From the NCBI GenBank assembly GCA_965242965.1, contig OZ251518.1, positions 1,224,691 to 1,288,690 of the forward strand: a DNA stretch of 64,000 bases, written 5' to 3'. The notes under the pieces are model-generated. The model worked only from the letters and a program-made list of their open reading frames with translations, was not told where the DNA came from and ran no database searches. The stretch comes from Candidatus Poribacteria bacterium (GTDB taxonomy: Bacteria; Poribacteria; WGA-4E; WGA-3G). Positions 17,363-24,780 of the stretch are shown one piece after another. How positions within the stretch are numbered: the first letter of the stretch is position 1; the number at the start of each line of letters is the position of its first letter. A program made the position numbers and the translations under genes.

Positions 17363-18061
17363 ATGAACCGATATCAAATCATTTTCGCATTCACCGCTGT
17401 GTTGCTAGGGATTTTCCTCTGTTTCACAATCGGCTGTCAGCCGGACAAGAATAACGATGAAAAGCCGGTAGAAAAGCCGCCGGAACCACCACCGGAACCG
17501 CCGGAGGAACCACCGCCGGAGGAAAAGCCACCGGAACCACCGCCGGAGGAAAAGCCGCCGGAGGAAAAGCCACCGGAACCACCGCCGGAGGAAAAGCCGG
17601 AGGAACCACCGCCGGAGGAACCACCGGAGGAACCACCGCCGGAGGAACCACCGCCGGAGGAACCACCGCCGGAGGAAAAGCCACCGGAGGAAAAGCCACC
17701 GGAACCGCTCTACAAAACTGGTACCGTGCTGCTCATTGAATCCGATGACTACGGCTACCTTGCGCGGGTGACAGAAGATACACTGCCCGATGCAACGGAA
17801 GTGCCAGTCAAATTTTTCTCGGCGGAGGTCCGGAAGAAAGCCGGGGACACCGTCAAGCCAGAGGATATTCTAAGGATTCGAGAGGAACCCCCAGATGGCT
17901 GGGCATCGCGCCCCATCGCCTTGGAGTACTTTGATGGTGCCACTTGGAAGCATCAAATGGATGTGCTTGAGTTGAAGGACGGCTATCTCCTACCTGAAGG
18001 AGTCAAAGGAGAGCGGCGGGTGGAATTCGCGAATGTCCGCGTCCCCATCGCCGTGCATTGA
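17363..18061 (+). CDS. lipoprotein with a Pro/Glu-rich repeat linker plus the shared C-terminal module (island gene 2)
   Basis: AAGGAGA Shine-Dalgarno and lipobox CFTIGC. About 80 aa of (PPEE/PPEEK)n. The C-terminal module is close to that of gene 1. Confidence 0.85.
   Translation: MNRYQIIFAFTAVLLGIFLCFTIGCQPDKNNDEKPVEKPPEPPPEPPEEPPPEEKPPEPPPEEKPPEEKPPEPPPEEKPEEPPPEEPPEEPPPEEPPPEEPPPEEKPPEEKPPEPLYKTGTVLLIESDDYGYLARVTEDTLPDATEVPVKFFSAEVRKKAGDTVKPEDILRIREEPPDGWASRPIALEYFDGATWKHQMDVLELKDGYLLPEGVKGERRVEFANVRVPIAVH
17466..17706 (+). repeat. in-frame tandem DNA repeat encoding the PE-rich linker
   Basis: Reiterated ccaccgccggaggaa(aag)cc units. The antisense track ORF 17424-17699 is an artefact of this repeat. 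Confidence 0.9.
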
Positions 18062-18077
18062 ATAGGAGAAAACAACG

Positions 18078-19745
18078 ATGCACCTTGATAAATACCGCTA
18101 CCAACGTTTGGCAGCATCACCGACGTTACTTTTGATAGCACTCGCTATCGCTATCGTGCTCAGCGGTGCCTTCGCGGCGACTGCAGACGCACAGACGGTG
18201 CACGCGCTACTCGTTATCATGGACGATGACCTGGACATCGCGATCAGCGTCGGGCAAAACCGTAAGCGCGTGAGGAACTTCTTCGACCGCCTCCCCGGCA
18301 CGAAACTTGAAATCTACAGTGCTGAGGACATGAGAAAAGCGAACGAACTCAGGCCGCAGCATATCCTTGATTGGATCCAGCGGTGTCCCGCTGGCGCGCA
18401 AGACACTATCTTTGTTTACTACAGTGGCCATGGATACAGCGACGACCTCCACAAACGGCACTACCTCAGCCTCCGCCTCCACAATCCCGCGTTTTCGGTG
18501 AGGCGGAGCGATCTCGCAGACGCGCTCAAAAAGAAACCGTGCCGCTTGAAGATGCTGGTCACTGATGCATGTAGCAACTTTTTGGACACGCAACTTGCTG
18601 CGAGCGTGAAACAATATGCCGCCTTGCAATCCAAAGCGCAACTCTATGCCAAGAATCTCTTCCTCCAGCATGAAGGATTCCTTGACATCAACGCCGCATC
18701 ACCTGGGCATTTTGCACTCGGCAGCAACGACATCGGCGGGTTCTTTACCACTGCGCTCATCACGAGCAGCTTCACCGCCGAATCAGACACAAACGGCGAC
18801 CGGTTCCTCTCTTGGAAAGAAGTCTTCGCCAAGTGTAAAACCGAAACGGAGAATCTGTTCCAGCAGGCACTCCCCGAAATTCGGAGCAACCCAACAGTCT
18901 TCCTACAAATGGAAGAAGCTAGACAGACAACCCAAGTGCCGCACAATTACGAACCGCTACCAACGCGCAGCGGGACTACGGCACCGAGACTTCCCACAAC
19001 TGCCGCAAAAATTGTTGGCAACGATGGCGCAGAAATGGTGCTCATCCCCGCCGGCGAGTTTCAGATGGGCAGCAACAACGGCGATGAAGATGAAAAACCC
19101 GTGCATACCGTCTACGTGGATGCGTTCTACATGGATGTCTACGAGGTGACGAACGCGCAGTTCAAGGCGTTTGTCGATGTCAATCCGCAGTGGCAGAAAG
19201 ACCAGATTTCAACAAACTACCACGATGGAGATTACCTCAATCCCTGGTCTGGTAACAGTTATCCGGTTGGAAAAGGTAACCACCCCGTGACGTATGTGAG
19301 TTGGTATGCGGCGATGGCGTATGCGGAGTGGGCAGGGAAACGGCTGCCGACGGAGGCGGAGTGGGAGAAAGCGGCGCGCGGCGGGTTGCAAGGACAGAAG
19401 TATCCGTGGGGCAATGGGATTGATGCAGGTCAGGCAAATTACAGACAGAATCTTGGGGGCACCACGGCGGTTGGGAGTTATGGTGCGAATGGGTATGGGT
19501 TATATGATATGGCTGGCAATGTGTGGGAGTGGTGTGTTGATACGTATAAAGCGGATTTCTATAAGGTTGCGCCGCCTCGGAATCCTGCTTATCTGACAGA
19601 TCAGACCAACACCTCGCGCGTGTTGCGCGGCGGCAGTTGGTTCAATACAGCGCGGTACTTGCGCGTCGCCGATCGCGGCAGGGGTTCGCCGACGGGCTCG
19701 TACTCGTACGACGGTTTTCGTTGCGCGAGGGCTGTTACGCCTTGA
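18078..19745 (+). CDS. exported caspase-like (C14-type His-Cys) domain fused to a non-catalytic FGE/SUMF1-fold domain (island gene 3)
   Basis: Signal peptide ending ATADA|QTVHALLVIMDDD. FVYYSGHG and RLKMLVTDACS. C-terminal HPVTYVSWYAAMAYAEWAGKRLPTEAEWEKAARGG, YGLYDMAGNVWEW, RGGSW and GFRCAR. Confidence 0.85.
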   Translation: MHLDKYRYQRLAASPTLLLIALAIAIVLSGAFAATADAQTVHALLVIMDDDLDIAISVGQNRKRVRNFFDRLPGTKLEIYSAEDMRKANELRPQHILDWIQRCPAGAQDTIFVYYSGHGYSDDLHKRHYLSLRLHNPAFSVRRSDLADALKKKPCRLKMLVTDACSNFLDTQLAASVKQYAALQSKAQLYAKNLFLQHEGFLDINAASPGHFALGSNDIGGFFTTALITSSFTAESDTNGDRFLSWKEVFAKCKTETENLFQQALPEIRSNPTVFLQMEEARQTTQVPHNYEPLPTRSGTTAPRLPTTAAKIVGNDGAEMVLIPAGEFQMGSNNGDEDEKPVHTVYVDAFYMDVYEVTNAQFKAFVDVNPQWQKDQISTNYHDGDYLNPWSGNSYPVGKGNHPVTYVSWYAAMAYAEWAGKRLPTEAEWEKAARGGLQGQKYPWGNGIDAGQANYRQNLGGTTAVGSYGANGYGLYDMAGNVWEWCVDTYKADFYKVAPPRNPAYLTDQTNTSRVLRGGSWFNTARYLRVADRGRGSPTGSYSYDGFRCARAVTP

Positions 19746-19950
19746 ATCTTAACTCCCTTACCCCTTCTGATCGGTTTACCGATCAGACCGTTATGAAAAA
19801 GGGGTATATATTAGACCTAACGGCCGGCCCGGTGCCTCTTTTTCGTCGAGAAATCCGCTTACTATGCGGTTTCATTCTACGAACAACTTTTGTGGGCGCG
19901 GTCTTTTCAATATGGAGATGAGACGCATCAACGTTATTTGGTAGTTAACC

Positions 19951-20296
19951 GAGGGTGTTTCATAAATCGTTCAACGTCGCGGTGACAGGCCCCTGCTACG
20001 GTGAAGAAACGCCTCCTTTTCACGTAGGGCGAGGGCCTGTCCCTCGCCATGCACAGGTCTGCGCAGCAACCATCCGTAGTCTCTGGGCTGCGGGCGTTTT
20101 CCGCAGCGGGTGAGAGATCGCGGGGGACAGGCCCCCGCGCTACGGGAAACAACGTCTCTTAGGTCCGTAGGACCTTAATGTCTATAGTTCGCTCGCCTGC
20201 GAAGAACCTTAATAAACGGCACGACACGTATTTCTATAGACATGTAGGTCCTACGGACCTAAAGAGGCATCCCTAACGGAGTTATGAAACACCCTC
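19951..20296. mobile_element. MITE-like element with 18-bp TIRs and a perfect 8-bp target duplication (AGTTAACC)
   Basis: Left TIR gagggtgtttcataaatc (19951-19968). Right TIR gagttatgaaacaccctc (20279-20296). agttaacc occurs at 19943-19950 and 20297-20304. Orientation is inverted relative to the 10656 copy. Confidence 0.8.
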
Positions 20297-20541
20297 AGTT
20301 AACCCGGTAGGCGAGACCTCCTGGTCTCGACGGTTTTCGGACGAGTCTCGGTGGTTTTCGTCATCCATCAAGACTGGGAGAACGACACGGGGCGATGCCG
20401 TTCTATAGGTAGGTATCACTCCATGCCAACCTCTCCTACCGGTCGAAACGAATGGAGGGATTGCCAGGGAAGTGATGAACTGGCAATCTTCCTTACGGAA
20501 TTGATGAGCAGGTTTCTCATGAATGAAAGGAGGATTACATT

Positions 20542-21744
20542 TTGAGATGCAACCTTAGCAAGCGAATTCCGCTTGTTGTTTTAGCCGTGCTATTCTGCAT
20601 CGCCGCGCTGTTTATCGGCCGTGGACATGCAGATCCAGCCACTTCCGAGGAAGGGACTGCCTCTCTGGAAAGAGATACTGCGCAGTCCGGAACATCTATG
20701 GGAATTGTTTCGGAGATGTTTTTCCGTCCCTATCCGCACCGCGCTGATATAGTGATTGACGCGGGCGATTTGGGTCGCTACCGCTTCTCGGAAGATACAG
20801 AGCTCCGCCGCATTCCGCGCGATGTGGACATCCGGCGGGAACTCGTTCAGTTGCTCAACGATGTCGAAAAAGAGGTAGGGCAGCCAGTTCTGATTCTCAC
20901 CGGCTACCGTTCCGAGCAACATCAAATCTATCTTTGGGCGAAATGGCTTAAAGATAACCGTGCCAAGGTCCGCGCTCTCAACCGGGAAGATCACCGGACA
21001 TGGGCGACGTGGATTGAGGCGAGTCAGGAGCTGCGGGGATGTCCCCCGCTTGCAACGAAACACCAGACTGGGGACGCTGTCACTTTTTATTGGAAAACCT
21101 TGTCTCTAGACTCGCGGAGAACACGCAAAGAGCTCACTGAGCTTATCCGCGAGTTAGGGGGAGAGGAGCAGTATTCCGCGCGTGACCGGCGGGAGTTCAA
21201 TATTCCGCGCGGCGATAACGCGCTGTTTGAGGTAACAGCGTACGAGGAAGACGACAATATCAGTCTTGACAATCCGCAGGGATATCCCTGCTTCCGTGTC
21301 GTCTACCGTCCCAGTGAAACGCCGCGAGCACCGCGCAGTCGATATGTCGGTGTCCGCGACCGCGACGACAGACGCGACACAACACCGCGCACCTATAAAG
21401 AAGGTGACATCCTCCTCATCGCCGTAGACGATTACAACTACCTCGGCCGAGTCACGGAGGATACGCGCCTGCGGGACGAGTTTGTTAAAGTTCAGTTCTT
21501 CGTTGAAGAGATCGACGATGAACTCGGTGACGAAGTCTCTATTGATGAAATCTCAGGCGTTCGCCCTAAGCCGGAAGCCGGTTGGGGTAAAGCGAAAGTC
21601 ATTTTGGAGTACTACAACGGGAAGGAATGGAAGTATTCCAAGGATGTGTTGGTGTTTAGAGACTACTACCGTCTTCCGCGCTCGGTTCGCGGTGAGTATA
21701 TATTGAAATTTAATCAGGTTCGATTTCCTATTGCTGTCCACTAG
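20542..21744 (+). CDS. exported protein: degenerate VanY/M15B-like domain plus the shared C-terminal module (island gene 4)
   Basis: TTG start with AAGGAGG 8 nt upstream, then a signal peptide. LILTGYRSEQHQIYLW and ATKHQTGDAVTF resemble the M15B SGYRSxxxQ and SEHQTGxAxD motifs, but the Asp is replaced. C-terminus ILLIAVDDYNYLGRVTEDT...FNQVRFPIAVH. Confidence 0.8.
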   Translation: MRCNLSKRIPLVVLAVLFCIAALFIGRGHADPATSEEGTASLERDTAQSGTSMGIVSEMFFRPYPHRADIVIDAGDLGRYRFSEDTELRRIPRDVDIRRELVQLLNDVEKEVGQPVLILTGYRSEQHQIYLWAKWLKDNRAKVRALNREDHRTWATWIEASQELRGCPPLATKHQTGDAVTFYWKTLSLDSRRTRKELTELIRELGGEEQYSARDRREFNIPRGDNALFEVTAYEEDDNISLDNPQGYPCFRVVYRPSETPRAPRSRYVGVRDRDDRRDTTPRTYKEGDILLIAVDDYNYLGRVTEDTRLRDEFVKVQFFVEEIDDELGDEVSIDEISGVRPKPEAGWGKAKVILEYYNGKEWKYSKDVLVFRDYYRLPRSVRGEYILKFNQVRFPIAVH

Positions 21745-21784
21745 TTGGACGATTAACCCTATTTGACTCAGGAGGTCAAAAAGA

Positions 21785-23194
21785 ATGTTTGTTTCAAAAT
21801 TTCGGCTTATCGCCGTATTAGTGTTTGCGCTGGGCACTGTGATGCTCACGGCTCCTACGGTGGAGGCGCAAACTGTCCATGCCTTACTCGTGATTATGGA
21901 TGCCGATAAACGCCTCGGCGGGGGAATGCAAGTCAACCAGAAGAAAGTGGAAGACTTACTCTCACAGGTGAAACGGGTCTATCGGGTTGACACGGATGTC
22001 TATCTGAGTTCCCGTGGCGAAACCACACCGCGCAATGTGCTGCGATGGGTTCAAGACCTGCGCCCCGCGCGTGACGATGTAGTGTTTATCTACTACGGTG
22101 GACACGGTGGGATGGTTAGCAAGACAGATCGGCGGACTTATCTCTACCTAACGAACGGCGAACTGTACCGGACAGATCTCGAGGCTGCGGTTAAATCGCA
22201 TTCTTGCCGTTTGAAAATTATCGTTACTGATGCTTGTAGCAGTTATCCGGTGCGCCAGTCGCAGGCACAGGTGCAAGCTTTTGGTGTATCCACTGTTTCC
22301 TCTCGTCAAAACGCGATGATCAAAAATCTGTTTGGACAACATGAGGGGCTCCTGCACGTCAACGGAGCGAGTGAAGGCCAATACGGCTGGAGCGATGCCT
22401 CCAGAAATGGGCAGGGAAGTTTTTTTACTCGCAGCTTCATCACCGCTATTGATCACAAAAATTATAAGGGCGGGGATGGGTTCGTTGAATGGAAAGAGGT
22501 TTTTGAACTAGCGCGAAGGACCACGCAAGAAGTTTTTCGCCAAGTGAAGGATGGTGGAGGGCTTGAAGGGGCTTTGCAAGAACCTCATATCGACTCGGCA
22601 CAGGTAACCCTGCAAACTCCTCAGGCGTATGCTCTGGCTGGCCGCCTGCACGATGGCCCTAGCGACATTGATGACCCGCTTTGGGAACTAGAAAATCCGC
22701 GGCAGAGGATTGCAGTGTCAATGTCCCCCAGTCAGACCAGATACAGAGCGGGGGACTATCTTGATTTAACGCTGCGGGCGGACGACGACTGCTACATTAC
22801 GCTGCTGAATTGGGACTCACACGGCAACTTTACTAAGTTGTTCCCCAACAAATATCAGGAGGATAACTTCATCCGCGGGGGACGTACCTATCACTTTCCA
22901 CCTGAGGATGCTGACTTTGAACTTCACCTCCCTGGCCCCGTAGGCAAGGAGATGCTGAAGTTAATCGTTGTCACTTCTTCCCGTGCCAACGACAAAATTA
23001 ACCAAATCCTCGATCGTCCAAGGACAGAACCTTTTGCCACGCAGAGTTCGCGCGCCAAGGATGGGCAAACTCTGATTCTGCCTCAAATTATTGCAACCGT
23101 TGAGGCTGAAACAAGGATTGTTGAAGTCTTAAAGAGACTGCCCTCTAGCGAATGGGCGGAAGTTCATTTTGATGTAGATATTGAGCGGCGGTGA
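21785..23194 (+). CDS. exported caspase-like domain plus DUF4384-like domain (island gene 5)
   Basis: Signal peptide ending VEA|QTVHALLVIMDAD. FIYYGGHG and RLKIIVTDACS. DUF4384-like YRAGDYLDLTLRADDDCYITLLNWDSHGNFTKLFPN. Confidence 0.85.
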   Translation: MFVSKFRLIAVLVFALGTVMLTAPTVEAQTVHALLVIMDADKRLGGGMQVNQKKVEDLLSQVKRVYRVDTDVYLSSRGETTPRNVLRWVQDLRPARDDVVFIYYGGHGGMVSKTDRRTYLYLTNGELYRTDLEAAVKSHSCRLKIIVTDACSSYPVRQSQAQVQAFGVSTVSSRQNAMIKNLFGQHEGLLHVNGASEGQYGWSDASRNGQGSFFTRSFITAIDHKNYKGGDGFVEWKEVFELARRTTQEVFRQVKDGGGLEGALQEPHIDSAQVTLQTPQAYALAGRLHDGPSDIDDPLWELENPRQRIAVSMSPSQTRYRAGDYLDLTLRADDDCYITLLNWDSHGNFTKLFPNKYQEDNFIRGGRTYHFPPEDADFELHLPGPVGKEMLKLIVVTSSRANDKINQILDRPRTEPFATQSSRAKDGQTLILPQIIATVEAETRIVEVLKRLPSSEWAEVHFDVDIERR

Positions 23195-23230
23195 TTCACA
23201 CGCGTGGCCGGTCATCGCCTAACATCCGGC

Positions 23231-23270
23231 CTTTTCTGTTAGTCGTGCTTCCGCACGACTAACAGAAAAG
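23231..23270. terminator. perfect 18-bp-stem hairpin between island genes 5 and 6
   Basis: cttttctgttagtcgtgc-ttcc-gcacgactaacagaaaag. There is no U-tract, so terminator function is uncertain. Confidence 0.45.
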
Positions 23271-23295
23271 CACTTCTCATAAAGGAAAAGAAAAC

Positions 23296-24708
23296 ATGAT
23301 GAAACATGCACGAGGCTGCCGCAACGTTAGCAGACTCATACTACCCGGGGCCTGGATGTGTTGCGGAGTGCTACTGCTTGCACTCGTAGCAATGCCGCTG
23401 ACGGCCCATACGCGGACGCTCCACGCGTTGCTTGTAGTGATAGATACAGACACGAGTCTCGGCACCGCCATGAAAGCCAACCAGACGCAGGTGGAGCGAC
23501 TGCTGAAGACAATAAACGACGCGGGGGAACTCCGGTTGGAACTGCAGACGCAACTCAGTTCACAAAATGAGGCGACAGTTGCGCAAATTCAAGGATGGCT
23601 TGATGCAATCCGTCCCGGTGAAGACGATGTCCTCTTCGTCTACTTCAGTGGATCCGGCGGCAGTGATAAAGAGGGACAGTTCCTGTCTCTGCAAGATAGG
23701 CTGTGCTATCAATCCGATCTCGCGCAATGGGTGCGAAATGCAGGCGAGTGCAGGCTTAAACTCCTGATTACCGATGCATGCAAAGCCGCGGAGTCCTTAC
23801 CGGTACAAGCATCGCCGCGCGCCCGTTGGCTTGACATCGCGAATTTGTTTCAGACCCCGGCAGGCTTCCTCCATATCACGAGCGCGACTGCGGAGGAATA
23901 CGGATGGGCGGACGTACAAAAGGGTGGACTTTTCACGAACGCACTGATGCACGCGCTCGCTGAAGGATTTACGTCTTGGACAGAAGTTTTTGACGCGGCA
24001 CGGCAAGAAACCGGTGACCTGTTTCTGCGCGCATCAGCCACATTCTCTGAAGAGATGGAGGCACCCTTAAAGAGGAAAGGCATTGAGAGCCAAACGCCGA
24101 AGGCGTATGCGCTGCCCAATTGGGACCGCGACCCGCCAGCAAACCGGGATGAAATACCACCAACGCTGTGGGAGCTCCCCAATCCGGAAACCGCGTTCAA
24201 ACTCTCCATGGAGACCGGCAAAACGGTATACCAAATTAAGGACTACCTCACCGTGGCAGGCGAAGTCACCGACGATGCATACCTCATCCTCTTGAATTGG
24301 GATGATTTCGGGAGGTTAACCGTCCTTTTTCCCTTTCCGGACACCGCATCGGAGGGTAATCGGCTAAGTGCTGGCAGTTACCATATTCCAGACCTGAATC
24401 CCAACTTTGAATTACAAATGTCGGGCCCTGCAGGGACCGAGCGACTTAAAATTCTAGCACTCCGGCGCGCCGCTGACAGCAACGCTATTATGGATTTCTT
24501 CACGTCGCCCGCGGGAAGCCGCTCATGGAAAGTGCTAGAAGGACAGCAGCGAGTAGCAGTTGAGGAGGAAATTTTGGAGCGTCTCCACAGCATAGACCCG
24601 AAAGACTGGGCAGAAGCACACCGAGAAGTGGAATTACGAGAGCGAAAACGGCCAGCACCGCGTATTACGCCAAAGGATAAGCACTCCGAGAAAACGGGAG
24701 GGAAGTGA
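23296..24708 (+). CDS. exported caspase-like domain with His replaced by Ser, plus DUF4384-like domain (island gene 6)
   Basis: TLHALLVVIDTD. FVYFSGSGG replaces GHG. RLKLLITDACK is retained. DUF4384-like YQIKDYLTVAGEVTDDAYLILLNWDDFGRLTVLFPF. Confidence 0.85.
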   Translation: MMKHARGCRNVSRLILPGAWMCCGVLLLALVAMPLTAHTRTLHALLVVIDTDTSLGTAMKANQTQVERLLKTINDAGELRLELQTQLSSQNEATVAQIQGWLDAIRPGEDDVLFVYFSGSGGSDKEGQFLSLQDRLCYQSDLAQWVRNAGECRLKLLITDACKAAESLPVQASPRARWLDIANLFQTPAGFLHITSATAEEYGWADVQKGGLFTNALMHALAEGFTSWTEVFDAARQETGDLFLRASATFSEEMEAPLKRKGIESQTPKAYALPNWDRDPPANRDEIPPTLWELPNPETAFKLSMETGKTVYQIKDYLTVAGEVTDDAYLILLNWDDFGRLTVLFPFPDTASEGNRLSAGSYHIPDLNPNFELQMSGPAGTERLKILALRRAADSNAIMDFFTSPAGSRSWKVLEGQQRVAVEEEILERLHSIDPKDWAEAHREVELRERKRPAPRITPKDKHSEKTGGK

Positions 24709-24780
24709 TTTCCAGTCGGCTTCGCCGATGTCCGCATCCCCATCCCGCACCATTACGATTCACAAGAGTAGGAGGAACGT

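Noticed and set aside
20351-20545. A 64-aa ORF just upstream of island gene 4.
   Set aside because: No Shine-Dalgarno. It overlaps REP-derived sequence at its 5' end and ends inside the ribosome-binding region of gene 4. No family resemblance.
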